Source: Mobula hypostoma | Taxonomy: Eukaryota | Assembly (NCBI RefSeq): GCF_963921235.1 | Contig: NC_086108.1 | Coordinates: 74,092,001 to 74,156,000, forward strand | Length of the DNA: 64,000 bases | Reading direction: 5' to 3' | Part shown: one piece after another, positions 23,065-36,716 of the stretch | Position numbering within the stretch: position 1 is the first letter of the stretch | How the letters are laid out: every line of letters begins with the position of its first letter | Position numbers and translations under genes: made by a program | The notes under the pieces: generated by a model | Databases searched by the model: none | What the model was told of the DNA's origin: nothing | The model's input: the letters and a program-made list of their open reading frames with translations, nothing else

Positions 23065-23323
23065 CTGTTGCCTTCCAGTGTTCACCCAGTGCTGCCCTCC
23101 AGTGTTCACCCAGTGCTGCCTGCCTGTGTTCACCCAGTGCTGCCCTCCAGTGTTCACCCAGTGCTGCCCTCCAGTTCTCACCCAGTGCTGCTTTCCAGTG
23201 TTCACCCAGTGCTGCCCTCCGTGCTCACCCAGTGCTGCCCTTCAGTTCTCACCCAGTGCTGCCCTCCAGTGTTCACCCACTGCTGCCTTCCTGTGCTCAC
23301 CCAGTGCTGCCCTCCAGTGCTCT
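23065..23323. repeat. Minisatellite, ~24-bp unit GCTGCCCTCCAGTGTTCACCCAGT, ~11 copies
   Basis: Directly visible tandem array with no spacers. Confidence 0.9.
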
Positions 23324-24194
23324 CCTTTGTGGAAGAGCAAGCTAGACACTCAGGGACAGGGGCTCTACTATTTTTCTTTGTGGACTGTATATTTTTCTGA
23401 AATTATAATTTCATCATTGTGGTGTCATTTCTACAAATGCTCTGACATCGCTCTTCATGTCTCCATCATCTGAATTCCATACAAAAGCATTGCTTGTGAG
23501 ATTAAAGTATCATCTTCTGTGAAAAAATGTTTTCAGTTTGAAACAATGATCCAAACCTCGTGCTGCTAGTTCACTAATTTACCAATATACTACATACTGA
23601 TACAAACTACACATTCTCAGATACAAAGTGACTTGTAAATTATGAAATCATAGTCATACAACACAGTAATGTGTTTACAGATTATTAAAAATCTAGTTCT
23701 GCACAATCCTAATTTTCAGTCTCCGTGCATTTAAATGGATATTTCTTATTTTTTTCTTAGAACTACTCTTATTTTCCATTCTGCTTCTCTGATTTAACTT
23801 CCAAAACAATTGATTGTTGTATAATAAAAATTACAACAGTTCCGCCTTGTTATTTGTACGGTTTTTGCGGTATTCCCCATTTATCAAGAGCATTTGGTTA
23901 CTTGTACTCCTTTTCTCATAATTTATTTCAAAACCAAAGACATGCACAAGTCCAGGGTAAGTGCTACCCGCAGCAACAATTGTCTCTGTACCATAACTTT
24001 GTTACCTGCAGATTTCCTCACTGAAGACATTAATAAACCAGATGAGATGATACAGCAATCCGATAGTTTTAACCAAATCAATAAAGCAGCAGATGCTGGA
24101 AATCTAAAGTGAAAACAGAAAATGCTGGAAAGGTTCAAAAGGTGCAGGAAGAAAAATGGAGTTAACATTTCAGGTCAAAGACCTTTCTTCACCA

Positions 24195-25440
24195 TGTCGT
24201 GGTTTCTCACAAACCACAGGGAGACGCAGAAAATCCTTCAAGAAGTTTTAAACTTTAATTTGCAAATCAAAGCTGAGACAATCAGAAAGGTAGTTGCTGA
24301 CTGCCCCCCGAGGCTTGTATACAGCATTTTTTATAGCAATTTCCTATCTTAGCTACATTATCATATCCAGTCGGCCTGTGATTACATATCATCAATATAC
24401 CCACTCTCGACTTTCCACTATTGTTTTACTCCCCAATTTAATTATGTCCTAGTTTACATTTTAGACCAGGTGTCCCCTCATCCCTAACCACAGTTATTTC
24501 TTAATTAGTCTTATTTTGACATACTGCCACATATTTCATTACCTTACTCGCCACCGTTATCTTTCTGCTTGGTTTCATTCTAGTTCTCTTCATGAATTAA
24601 TAGTGATTAGATCAAAAGTCATGGCTACATAGTGAATATCCTCTATTCAGCTAGCAGTGGTTACATAGTAAATATAGAAAATATAATGTGTGCATTCGAG
24701 TAAATACTGAAATACTGTTGAGTAAATACTGTAATACATAAATAGTAAATATAGAAAATACAATGTGTGCATTTACATTTTCCAATATAATCCACCCTTT
24801 GAGACCCACAGGGTCTCATACAGAGAGAGAGAGGACTGAGAGTCTATGCACAAAAGCTCAAATAAATCCACGCATTTACTCCCAAATTTGGGTTAAACTA
24901 TAGTTTCCTGCGCTTAAGACTCAAAGTGTTCTCTCCCTACCTCCCTAGGCCGCTGAGCCAAAAACCCGTCCCTTCGTATCTGAGACAGGGAAAAAGACTC
25001 AGGAGCCTTCACAGCCTAATCCCCACATATTTCATCTCTCTCCTGTTCGTCTCGGTGCTTCCTTCTCCATAGGGCTCGACCCAACAATTTCCAGGAGCAT
25101 CGGAAACCGTTTCATTGCAGCACGCACTACAAGCGACTTGAGGCATGGAAGAAAACAGCACAGAATGACCGCACAGCTTAGCAATACAATACCGAATGTT
25201 ACTGCAATCTTGGTCAGCCATGTTCCCCATCCTCCTAGTTTACTATTTAACCAGTCAAAGAACTGGAGTCCAAACCCTGCATTTTGTTTAACTTCCTTTC
25301 TTAGATTTTTCAGTTTATTCATTGCTCTGGTAAACGATCCCTCCGGACTGGTGTTATTCAGTATAAAAGTACAGCATTGTTCCCCAAACGTTACACAAAC
25401 CCCTCTTTTCTCTGGCAATAGCCAGTCTAGTACCTGTCTG
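24195..25440 (-). mobile_element. Endogenous retrovirus remnant: env TM subunit, PPT and 3' LTR (~24195-24790)
   Basis: RQVLDWLLPEKRGVCVTFGEQCC (immunosuppressive-domain-like plus CX6CC) and a hydrophobic TM anchor; purine tract AAAGGGTGGA; downstream on minus: TATAAAA, ATTAAA and terminal ...CGACA. Confidence 0.75.
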
Positions 25441-25629
25441 TTTGTTCCTCTTCAAACACTGTGAAGGAAACAAAAGAAGCTTGTTCAGTTGCAGGGAAGG
25501 GCTATGTCTCTGATCAGGTAAAAACGGAGTGTGCTGGGAATCAACTACAAACACAGTTATCTGATCAATGAGGGAGTTGTTATCTAAAGTTGAAAGTAAA
25601 TTTATTATCAAAATACATGTATGTCACCA

Positions 25630-26968
25630 TGCAATGGAGTACTTGGTGACGCAGGACAAGATAGAACAAAGTCAGGATGGTTACCTTCAGGGAAAATCCT
25701 GCCTGACAAACCTGTTGGAATTCTTTGAGGAGATTACAAGTAGGATAGAGAAAGGAGATGCAGTGGATGTTGTATATTTGGACTTTCAGAAGACCTTTGA
25801 CAAGGTGCCACACATGGGGCTGCTTACCAAGTTAAGAGCCCATGGTATTACAGGAAAGTTACTAACATGGTTAGAGCATTGGCTGATTGGTAGGAGGCAG
25901 CGAGTGGGAATAAAAGGATCCTTTTCTGGTTGGCTGCCAGTGACTAGTGATCTTCCGCAGGGGTCAGTGTTGGGACCACTTCTTTTTATGCTATATATCA
26001 ATGATTTAGATGATGAAATAGATGGCTTTGTTGCCAAGTTTGCAGACGATACCAGGATTGGTGGAGGGGCAGGTAGTGTTGAGGAAACAGGTACGATGCA
26101 GAAGAACTTAGACTGATTAGGAGAATGGGCAAGAAAGTGGCAAATGAAATATAATGTTGGAAAATGCATGGTCATGCACTTTGGTAGTAGAAATAAATGT
26201 GCAGACTATTTTCTAAACGGGGAGAAAATCCAGGAATCTGAGATGCAAAGGGACTTGGGAATCCTTGTGTAGAACACCCTAAAGGTTAACTTGCAGGTTG
26301 AGTCGGTGGTGAGGAAGGCAAATGCCATGTTAGCATTAATTTCAAGAGGTCTAGAATACAAGAGCAGGGATGTGATACTGAAGCTTTATAAGGCACTAGT
26401 GAGGCCTCACCTTGAGTATTGTGAACAGTTTTGGGCCCCTCATCTTAGAAAAGATGTGCTGGCATTGGAGAGGGTCCAGAGGAGGTTCACAAGGACGATT
26501 CCAGGAATGAAAGAGTTATCATACGAGGATGGCTCTCGGTCTGTACTCGCTGGAATTCAGAAAGATGAGGGGAGATCTCATTGAAACCTTTCGAATGTTG
26601 AAAGGCCTAGACAGAGTAGATGTGGAAAGGATGTTTCCCGTAGAAGAAGAGTCTAGGACAAGAGGGCACAACCTCAGAATAGAGGGGCATTCTTTCAAAA
26701 CAGGGATGCAGAGAAATTTCTTTAGCCAAAGGGTGGTGAATTTGTGGAATTTGTTACTACATGCAGCTGTGGAGGCCAGATCGTTGCTGGGTGTATTTAA
26801 GGCAGAGATTGATAGGTTCTTGATTGGGCATGGCATCAAAGGTTATGGGGAGAAGTCCAGGAACTGGGGTTGAGGAAGTGTTAGAAAAAAGAATCAGCCA
26901 TGATTGAATGGTGGAGCAGACTCGATGGGTCAGTTGGCCTAATTCTGCTCCTCTGTCCTATGGTCTTA
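25630..26968 (+). mobile_element. 5'-truncated CR1 LINE (RT to 3' end)
   Basis: VYLDFQKTFDKVPH, PQGSVLGPLLF, KFADDT, YKALVRPHLEYCEQFWAP; tail ctatggtctta. Confidence 0.9.
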
Positions 26969-27978
26969 TATACAACCCTGAGATTAATTTTCTTGCAGAC
27001 ATACTCAATAAATACAGTAACCATAATATTATCAATGAAAGACCACACCATCTGGGCATACAACCATTGTGCAAAAGACAACAAACTGCAAATACTAAAA
27101 GAAAAAAGAAATAATAATAATTTATTTATTTATAGATAAACACATAGATAAATAAATAAGCAATATATCAAGATGAAGATTCTTTGAAAGTGAGTCCATA
27201 GATGTGAGAACATCTCAGTGTAACATGCTGTAGGGTTTCACTGCTGTGTAACATGCTGTAAGGTTTCACTGAAAACGTAATGGGTTCTCTGTAGCAGCAA
27301 TGTTTGGGTTATGACTAGAGATAACGGTGTTTGGAATGCTGTTGTTCTTTCTTGTGAGCTGGAACAGAGATTTTCGCGGTCTTTTGCCAGGGAGAGATGA
27401 GGAGAGAAGACGCGAATGGAGGGAGTTGGTAGACCGCCAGACGGGTGGACTTGGAGCGAGGGTCCGAAGGGCAGCGAAGATCGGAGGAGGTCAATGGTGG
27501 CCGATAGGCTTATCAGTGAGCTCCAACGTTGCGGAACAGACTGTTTAATAAGATTGGACCCTTTTTCTGTTATTTTCGTTTCTTTACTAAGTATATAGTC
27601 AAAGTAAGAATTATAAAGCTTAATCGCATATTCTGTACTGTTTGTTATTTTGGGTACTGATTTGTAATGGGGCCACATTGTGCCGCATCCACCCAAACGA
27701 GATTTCTTAAGTTTGGCCGGGCCAGGGGCTATCATATCCTATATTAAGCCGCAAGCCAAAGCGAGAGTTAAAATTGTGGGGGCTATGTTCAGGATTGATT
27801 CTATTGGATGTTGTGTGATTACCCTGAGCAATGAACCAATGGGGCAGATATTTGCACTCCGGATGAATTGTTAATTCCACTGTTAAGTACTGTTGAAGTT
27901 GCGATTGTGGGTGGAGGTTTGATAAAATGGCCAACGCCGCTCTAGTTTCTGAGGAGTGAGGGGAAAGAGTGGTCGAAT

Positions 27979-28876
27979 TTGGAATGTCTAATTAGTCCAC
28001 GTCCCCTGGTGAAGAGTGAGAATTCTGAGTTAGTATCCACCCTTACTTCTCTGGCGAATAAATGGAAAAATCAGATTCAAAGTCCCAGCTATGGCAGGCT
28101 CCGCCAGTTCTCTGGAATAACAACAACCCCTAAAGGGGAGGAGGAGCATGAGAGATGGGCGGAGCAGACCTTTCAGTTGTTGGGTGAGTGGCAGTGCTCT
28201 GATAATGAAAAGCAACAGAGATTGTTTGAAAGTTTGAATGGGCGGGCCGCTGACATTGTGAGAGCTGTCAGGTTGAAATCTGTCAATTACATGCAAGCAC
28301 TGGACAATGCTTTCAGCCCAACTGGAAGCCCAATGGAGTTCATGGTGGGGTTTCAGAACATGCATCAGGAGAAGGGGGAGAAGCTTTCTGCTTTGATTTT
28401 TCAGCTAGAGAGGCAGCTAAATTGCTTGCGGCGCAGAGGGGTCATTCAGGCAGCCGAGGTGGATCTGTTAAGAATGGACCAGATAGCCAGGGTCCCCCAG
28501 TCCCATGACCTGATTGCTTGGGGTCTCCGACAGTCTCGTAAGACGTGCCCCCACTTTCCCTTTTGTTGAGCTGATCAGAGAGGTACGGGAAGAGGAGAAC
28601 ACGGCGGAGGCGCGGGAGGACTCCGTCAGCAGGGTACAGTCCTCGGTAGTGGTCCCTTGCGGTGAAGTGACCACAGATAGCCTACCCCAGGGAGCAGTAG
28701 AGGAGGTTGTGGCAGAGTTGAGAATGGAGATATATCGACTGTTATCAGCGGGTGTGACCCCCCCCCCATATGATGGAGCTGATGGGGGGGCGGATTCCCC
28801 AAGGGGACGAACAATGCGGAGGGCTGCTGGCAGCAGGTGTCACACCAGAAGGAGAGTGAGCCCCCCGGGTACCTAA
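27979..28876 (+). pseudogene. Gypsy gag (PNMA/MOAP1-like capsid), frameshifted
   Basis: YGRLRQFSG...GEEEHERWAEQ...EWQCSDNEKQQRLFESLNGRAADIVR...QEKGEKLSA. Confidence 0.8.
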
Positions 28877-29004
28877 GCAGAAAGTCATTGGGAAAACCCA
28901 GGGGAGACCCAGTGAGGGAACGTCCTGATGTCTCTGGGGGAGCATGTTCCTAGCAATGTACCAAGGAACCCCTGAAAGCAAAAGACCCAATTCCTGAAGG
29001 CTTA

Positions 29005-32000
29005 GTGGGACCATGCTCCAGTGTGTCGCTACGAATAGAGGCTATTTATGCTGAAGCCACACTTGACCTCGGGTTGCAGGTCACGTTGTTGTACCATTCA
29101 TTTTACATCCGGTGTCTGAAGCATTTACCATTGACACCATTCAGATCTGGGGGCTTAGTGCTGGTGATTATCCATACAATGGTTATTTGTCAGTGAAGTT
29201 GGAGTTCTCGGAGGCCGATGTGGGAGTGTCTGAGGTCCTTGATACATTGGTGCTGGTTTGTCCAGACCCTGCTGAGAAGAGCGGTGTTCCAATTCTGGTA
29301 GGGACCAACACCCCTCTTGTGAAGAGGCTCGTGGGGGCCTGCAAGGAGAAAGCTGGCGAGAGCTTTCTGGGGACATTGCCTGTGCACCCAGGGTTTTGAG
29401 CTGCTTTTGAGGAAGTGTGTGGCAGCATTGGGCCAGATACCGAATTTAAATGAGGGACTGTGTGGTTTACCCAATCGAAGCCAATGGTGGTACGGCCCGG
29501 GGAAGTAGCAAGAGTGATGGGGACCACCAAATTTCCCAGAGTGCCTGAGGGTGAAGCCCACTTAGTGGATGCTCCAGAAGACTATGAGGGGGAGTGGGGA
29601 TTTCCTGCTGGGGTACAGGTGAGGCCCAAATTGCAGAAGCCCTTGGTTGTACAGGAACACAGGATGGCAGTGACTGTCAGGAACACTACAAAGAGGGAGG
29701 TCACCTTCAAGCAGGGGATGCCTCTGGCGCATTTGTTCCCGGTGACGGTAATGTCTGGTGCCCCTGTGAGACACGCTGGGGAGAAACTATTGGAAAAGGG
29801 GAGGAAAGTTGACCGCTGAGTCATTCAACTTTGGAGTCTCCCCGGTTCCTGTAGATTGGAAGAGGAGGCTGGTAGAGAAGATGTTGAAGCTGGAAGGTGT
29901 CTTTTCCACTGACAAGTTTGATGTGGGTTGTTCCAAGAGCACACGTCACACTATCTGGGTGACTGAGGATATCCTGTTCAGAGAAAGATTGCGGCGATTG
30001 GCCCCTGAAGAGGTTTTGCAGCATTTCTGTATGTTGAAGGAAGCTGGGATCATCACCGAGTCCCGAAGCCCCTAGTAGTGGCCCAAAAGGAGAATGGGAA
30101 GGTACGGATGTATGTGGGCTATAGGACTTTCAACAGGTGCACCATCCCTGATCTGTGTACTGTCCCGAGGATTGAAGGTGCGCTGGCCTGCCTGAGTGGT
30201 GCGAAGTGGTTCAGTGTGCTGGACTTGAGGAGTGGATATTACCAGATCCCCATGAATGAGGCCAACAAAGAGAAAATGGCATTTATATGTTCCCTAGGAT
30301 TTTTCCAGTTTGAAAGGATGCCCCAGGGCATTTCAGGAGCTCCTGCAACCTTCCGGCAGGTCATGGAGAAGACCCTGGGGGATATGAACTTGCTTGAGGT
30401 ATTGGTATATCTGGATGACCTCATAGTATTTGGATCCACCTTGGAAGAACAAGAAGTGAGGCTGCTGAAGGTGCTGGGTCACCTGAAAGCAGAAGGGTTA
30501 AAACTTTCCCTGGACAAGTGCCAGTTCTGCCAAAAGTCTGTTAGCTATGTTGGGCGCATAGTCTCATGGGATGGGGTAGTTACAGACCCAGCTAAGATCG
30601 AGGCCGTTACCACTTGGCCAAGACCCCAGACTGTGAGTGCTCTGGGCTCATTCCTCAGATTCTGTGGTTACTATCGGAGGTTTGTGAAAGGCTACACGAA
30701 ATGCATCACCCTTTGAATCAGCTTCTGTGTGGTTACCCTCCCTTGGGGAACAAAGGGAGGGGGAGAAAGGACAGGAGTGTGGAGAGTATCTTAGCCTGTC
30801 AGAGCCCTTTGGACCAAGGTGGGATGCAAAATGTGAGGAGGCCTTTCAGCCTCTGAAGGAGCTGCTGACCCAAGCGCCGGTGCTGGCTTTTGCGGACCCC
30901 CGATTCCCATATGTACTGCACACGGATGCCAGCCGAGAGGGCTTAGGGGGTGTCCTGTATCAGGATCAGGGCTCCGGATTGAGGCCCGTTGCATTTGTCA
31001 GCCGGAGACTGTCGCCCTCCGAGAAAAACTATCCCATGCACAAGTTGGAATTTCTGGCATTGAAATGGGCGGTGGTGGATAAGCTGAGTGACTACCTCTA
31101 CAGGGCCAAGTTTGAGGTGAGGACGGACAACAACCCCCTAACTTATATCCTGACCTCGGCGAAACTGGATGCCACAGGCCATCGGTGGTTGGCGGCGTTG
31201 TCTGCCTATGATTTCAGCCTGAAGTACCAGCTGGGGAGCTGGAACATTAATGCAGATGCTTTGTCCCGACGGGTGCATGAGGGACTAGACAGAGACAAGG
31301 AGTGGGAGAGCATTCCTGCCCTGGGGGTGAAGGCCCTGTGTCAGTTTGCCATCACCATGAAGGCAGAGAAAAAGGAGGGGCAAGAGTGAGTGGTGGATCA
31401 ACTGAGGGCTTCTGATGATGCCATCCCCCCAAGTTTATTGTAACCTGACAGCTCTGAAGACAAATCAACTTCTGGAATTGAGTTCTGGGGAAGGGGCAGC
31501 TGCTCAGCGAGATGATCCGGACATTGATCCCATTTGGGCGGCAGTTGAAAAGGGAGACATGGCTCAGGTGGAGAGGACGAAATATGCGTCAGTGCCTCCG
31601 TTACTACAAGAATGGCCTCAGTTGAAGTTGAAGAACCAGATCTTATACCGGGTCACGTCACTGCCAGACCGACCCCGGCGTTGCCAGCTTGTTCTGCCCG
31701 AGAAGTATCGGAGGATGGCATTAAAATCACTTCATGATGACTCTGGACATTCGGGGGTGGAAAAGACCTATGGATTGCTGAGAGACCGGTTTTACTGGCC
31801 CTGAATGAAGTTGGAGGTTGAAGAATACTGCAAGTCATGCATTCAAAGCATACGGCGGAAGACACTGCCTACACGGGTAGCTCCCTTGTCCCACATGCAG
31901 AGTGCGGGGCCTCTGGACCTGGTGTGTATGGATTTCCTGTCAATAGAATCTGATGCCAGCAACACGGTGAAATTCTTAGTCATCACAGACCACTACACCA

Positions 32001-33250
32001 GATATGCTCAGGCTTTTCCTACCAAGGACCAGACGGCGTCTACGGTGGCAAAAGTGTTATGGGAGAAGTATTTCATTTATTTTGGACTTCCCAGGTGAAT
32101 ACATAGTGATCAGGGACAGGATTTCGAGAGCAGACTCATCCGTGAGTTACTGGGCATGCTTGGAGTCGAGGTCGAGGACCATGCCCTATCACCCATGGGG
32201 TGATCCCCAGCCAGGGAGCTTTAATTCGACCTTGTTAGACATGCTTGGGACCCTGCAGATCAGCAAGAAGAGCAGGTGGAGTCAACATATTGGGTACCTG
32301 GTTCACAGTTATAATTGTACACAAAATGAAGCCACTGGGTACTCGCCATATTATCTGATGTTCGGGCGCGAGGCAAGGTTGCCCATTGACCTTTGTTTTG
32401 GGACTGACAAGGGTGACTTACCACCGAAGACTTATCTGAAGTATGTGCCTGACATGAGAAGAGAGTTGAAAAGGACTTATGAATTAGCTGGGGTCGCGGC
32501 TGCCCAGCAGAATCAAGGGAATAAGAGGAGGTATGATCAAAAGGTGAGGTTCTTTCAACTCCAGCCAGGAGACAGAGTCCTCATAAGGAATTTGGGGCTA
32601 CCTGGAAAGCATAAGTTGGCTGACTGTTGGGCGGCCACACCCTATGTGGTGGAGTCAGATGCCAAACCTACCAGTTTTCTGGGTGAAACCAGAGGATGGG
32701 AATGGGCCTGTAAAGATTCTCCATCGGAGCCACCTGTTGCCCCTGGGACAAGAGGTGCAGGTAGACCCAGAGCCCAACTTGGAGACTATACCTAGTAAGA
32801 GGACTCTGCGGAAATGCAGGGTGACTACTGGGCCCCCAACAGGTGGGGTTAGGCCGTCCCCCACCCTTGAGAGGGATATTGATTCGGAGGATGAGGACCT
32901 GGATGTGTGGTATATGCTGCCTTTTGCTAACTCCCCATTGATTACGGAAGAGACTCCCGGCCTTTCTCCCATTGAGACAGGTGAAGTGGTGGGGGGGTGC
33001 TATCTGTGGGCAGCCTGGGTTGCAGCGGGACTCTGCAGGGGAGGAGGCGGGGTTTGATCACAGGACAGAGGGCTCCGAGTTGCAGGTGGGCACGAGTGAT
33101 AGATCGGGGGAGGCCTCGCCAGACGGACTGGAAGTATCCCCAGTAGTGTCGGAACCTGAAGAGTTAGATGATGGAGTGCGGAGGTCTCAGAGAATTAGGA
33201 GGCCACTGGATAGGTTGGCCTACGTAGCACCAAGGGAACAGAGTGCGACC
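29005..33250 (+). pseudogene. Gypsy pol (protease, RT, RNase H, integrase) with multiple stops and frameshifts
   Basis: FSVLDLRSGYYQI, RMPQGISGAPATF, VYLDDLIVF, LHTDASREGLGGVL, RTDNNPL, HDDSGH...C..C, VCMDFL, GYSPYYLMFGREARLP. Confidence 0.9.
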
Positions 33251-33936
33251 CCTACTGTGCTGTGGAGCTATGTCACTGCCTTTTACACCTGGATTGGGCT
33301 TTGTGTTTTGCAGGAAGGGTTGGCAAATTATCTCAACGTCATGAGGACATGACTAAATTTGGTGGGGGGGGAGTGTAACATGCTGTAGGGTTTCACTGCT
33401 GTGTAACATGCTGTAATGTTTCACTGATAATGTAATGGTATCTCTGTAGGAGCAATGTTTGAGTTATGACTAGAGATAGCGGGGTTTGGAATGCTGTTGT
33501 TCTTTCTTGTGAGCTGAAAGAGAGATTTTCACGGTCTTTTGCCAGGGAGAGATGAGGAGAGAAGACGCGAATGGAGGGTGTGGGTAGACCGCTGGACAGG
33601 GTGGAGTTAGAGCGAGGATCTGAAGGGCAGCGATGATCGGAGGAGGGCGTTGGTGGACGATCGGCTTATCAGTGAGCTCCAACATTGAGCAATAGACTGT
33701 TTAATAAGATTGGGCCCTTTTTTCCCTTTTTCGTTTCTTTACTAACCATATAGTCAAAGTAAGAATTATAAAGCTTAATCATTTAATCACATGTTGTGTA
33801 CTGTTTGTTATTCTGGGTACTGCTTTGTAACAGGGGACACATTGTGCAGCGCCCACCCAAACGAGATTTCTTAAGTGTGGCCAGGCCGGGAGCTATCACC
33901 CCCTATCTTAAGCTGCAAGTCGAAGCAAGAGTTACA

Positions 33937-34695
33937 TCAGTAATGGGGCAGTGAAGTTATCCCCTTTGGTTCAAGAGCCCGATGGTTGAGGTGTAATAAC
34001 CGTTCTTGAACCTGGTGGTATAGGTTCTGAGGCTCCTGTACCTTCTTCCTAATGCCAGCAGCAAGAAGAGAGTATGACCTGGGTGGTGGGGGTCCTTGAT
34101 AATAGATGTTTCTTTCCTGCAACAACGCTCCATGTCGATATGCTCAATGGTGGGGAGGGTTTTACCCATGATGGACTGAGTCATATCCACTCCATTTGTA
34201 GGATTTTCCATTCAAGGGCATTGGTATTTCCATACCAGGCTGCGATGCAGCCAGTCAATATACTTTCCACTGCACATCTATAGAAGTTTGTCAAAGTTTT
34301 AGATGTCATGCCAAATCTTCATAAACTCCAAAGGAAGTAGAGGTGTTGTTGTGTTTTCTTCGTAATTGAGTAAGAGGTTGTGGAACCATTCAACCAAATT
34401 TTCAATCTCCTTCTTATTTGCTGATTCGTCACCACTTCTGATTCGGCCTTTGACAGTGGTGTTGTCAGTAAACTTGAATATGGCATTGGAGTTGTGCTTA
34501 GCCACACAGTCATAAGTGAAAGCGAATAGAGCAGGGGACTAAGTACACAGCCTTGTGGTACATCAATGCTGATGGAGATTGTGGAGGAGATGTTGTTGCC
34601 AATGCAATCTGACTGGGGTGTGTAAGTGAAGAAATCCAGGATCCAATTGCACAAGGAGGTACTGAGACCAAGGTCTTGAAGCTTATTGACTAGTT
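33937..34695 (-). mobile_element. Rex1/Babar-type LINE (its 3' tail lies at ~26970-27218 and ~25590-25630; host of the Gypsy and CR1 insertions)
   Basis: [38 protein letters not shown]. Confidence 0.8.
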
Positions 34696-35044
34696 ATTAT
34701 TCCAAATACTTTTTTAATCAAACCAGATTATTAAACAAATGTAAATTCAATGGTGGAACTTGAATTTGGATAACTCATAGTCCAATCTTCTGGATTATCA
34801 ATCCAGTAATTTAAACACAGCACCACCACTATCATTCAGTTTTGCCCATAATGATGTGAAATAGCACTGCAAATTAAGCTGTTCTGAAAAGACCCAGACC
34901 GATAAAAGGCTAGTAACATTTGCTCTGAAAAAAATGTCGTGGATTGATGGTATAAAAGAAGAGAAAATGTAAATGCTTATCCCTGATGTTCAAAACCATT
35001 ACCATCATTTGAATTTGGCAAATCCCAATTTAATAGCACTGTGT

Positions 35045-35225
35045 AAACACAAGAGATTCTGCAGATACCGGAAATCCAGTGTAACACACATAAAATGCTG
35101 AAGGAACTCAACTGGTCAGACAGCTTCTATGGAAAGTATGGAAAGGACTGAAACCCTTCATCAAAACTGAGCTGATGAAGGGTCTCAGGCTGAAACATTG
35201 ACTGTTTATTCCCTTCCAGTAGCAC
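35045..35225. mobile_element. Penelope-type hairpin repeat with a degenerate hammerhead core
   Basis: ctgatgaagggtctcaggctgaaacattgactg (35172-35204) plus an inverted partial copy. Confidence 0.55.
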
Positions 35226-35434
35226 TGCGCCAGTCTCTTCACCTGAATTAATGCAATGGCTCAAAAACGCAGATCACCAACATCTTCTCAAGGAGAATTA
35301 TGGATAGGGGATAAATGCTAGTAAAGCACAGATCCCAAAAATAAATAAAAATGAGCAGGGCGGTGTGTCATGAATAGTTCTATGGGTAGCATTAATGACT
35401 CTAAGGCATACAATTTGGGTTAAGCTTCAAGAAT

Positions 35435-35950
35435 TAGAATCAGGTTTATTATCACTGGCATGTACGTTGGAATACAGAATAAAAAAGTATAAATTACAAG
35501 AAGATGTATACAGAAACAAGAACGATAAATTAAATAGGTAGTGCAAAAAAAGTTGAAAAAATACCGAGGAAGTGTTCATGGGTTCATTGTTGATTCAGAA
35601 ATCTGATGGTAGAAGGGAAGAAGCTCTTCCTGAAATGCTAAGTCTTTGACTTGAGGCTCCTGTATCTCCTCCTTGATGGTAGCAATGAGAAAAGGGTAAG
35701 TCCTGGGTGATGGGAGTCCTAAATGACGGATGCTGCCATTTTGACGTATTGCCTTTGGAAGGTATTTTGGATGCTGGGGAGGCTCGTGCTCATGATGGAG
35801 CAGGCGGAGTTGACATTTTTCTGCCACTTTTTCTGATCCTGTGCAGTGGCCCCTCCATACCGGACGGTAATGCAACCAGTTAAAATGACTCTCCACGGTC
35901 CATCTGTAGAAATCTGCGAGTGTCTTTGGTGGCGTACCAAATCTCCTCAA
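35435..35950 (-). mobile_element. Rex1/Babar-type LINE 3' fragment
   Basis: RRFGTPPKTLADFYRWTVES; ILTGCITVRYG. Confidence 0.75.
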
Positions 35951-36090
35951 ACAGACCTCTCAGGATGAAAATTTAAACTGACGCTTCAGTGCTTCATGGA
36001 CACAAGCGGTACTGCAGATGCTGGAAATTTAGAGCAATGCACACAAAGTGCTGGAGAAGGTCAGCAGGTCAGTTCTTCCCCCTTCCTTTC

Positions 36091-36128
36091 TGGTCCTGAT
36101 GAAGGGTTTCGGCCCGAAACATCGACTG
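36091..36128 (+). ncRNA. Minimal hammerhead ribozyme motif within a Penelope-type hairpin repeat (~35998-36190)
   Basis: UGGUC-CUGAUGA-A-GGG(UUUCGG)CCC-GAAAC-AUC-GACUG. Confidence 0.6.
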
Positions 36129-36716
36129 TTTATTCCTATCAATACATGCTGCCTGACCTACTAAGCTTCTTCAGCACTTTGTGTGTATTAGTTCAGTGCA
36201 TTCTGCAGGATAGATTATTGCAGATAATATCTTTGGATGAGGCTTCACTTTCCCGCTCAGGTCGAATAGAGGTATTATCCTTTGGATCATTAATTCATCA
36301 ATCAACGTCACTGAAAGCAATTATCTGTTCATTATTACACTGTTCTGTTTTTATAAGAGCTTGCTATGCTCCAACTGGTTGCCTTGTTTATGACTTTCCA
36401 TAGATGTCTTTACTTAGAACTGGATGAGCTGCAAAGAACGTGCCACTGGGCATTGGGGGCTCTCTCAATAAACATAAGGCATGCTATAATCAAGCACTTG
36501 CACATGTCTGTGTGAAAATGCCTCAAAAAGAAAAGCCAAATTTAAGTTTGTGTTTCAGAACATTTCAATGGCTACAAAATAGTATGTATATTATCCTGAA
36601 ATAGTCATACATGTTTCATGTAAATCTAAGTCTTTCCTTTTGTTGTCCTATATAGCTTCAATACTCTTGCTTGTTCGGATAGAATCAATACTGTCTGTTT
36701 TTTTAGATGCTGGGAC

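Larger units (their letters stand above)
27219..33936 (+). mobile_element. Near-full-length decayed Gypsy LTR retrotransposon with PNMA-like Gag
   Basis: LTRs 27219-27772 and 33374-33936 (TGTAAC...GTTACA); 4-bp TSD tcag; degenerate tRNA-Pro PBS tgggggctatgttcaggat; PPT ggtggggggggag; gag-PR-RT-RH-IN order. Confidence 0.95.

Noticed and set aside
23065..23473. Cys-rich/periodic ORFs and a superficially CRISPR-like array
   Set aside because: Head-to-tail 24-bp minisatellite with no unique spacers; the ORFs are by-products of a stop-free repeat unit
23840..23956. Possible plus-strand exon (acaacag| ... cagg|gtaagt)
   Set aside because: Good donor but weak polypyrimidine tract; two open frames with no recognisable homology; it does not join the RBP reading frame, which starts with its own signal peptide
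27238..27735. Antisense ORFs in LTRs and LINEs throughout the ORF track
   Set aside because: Shadow frames of repeats; not conserved between the two LTR copies
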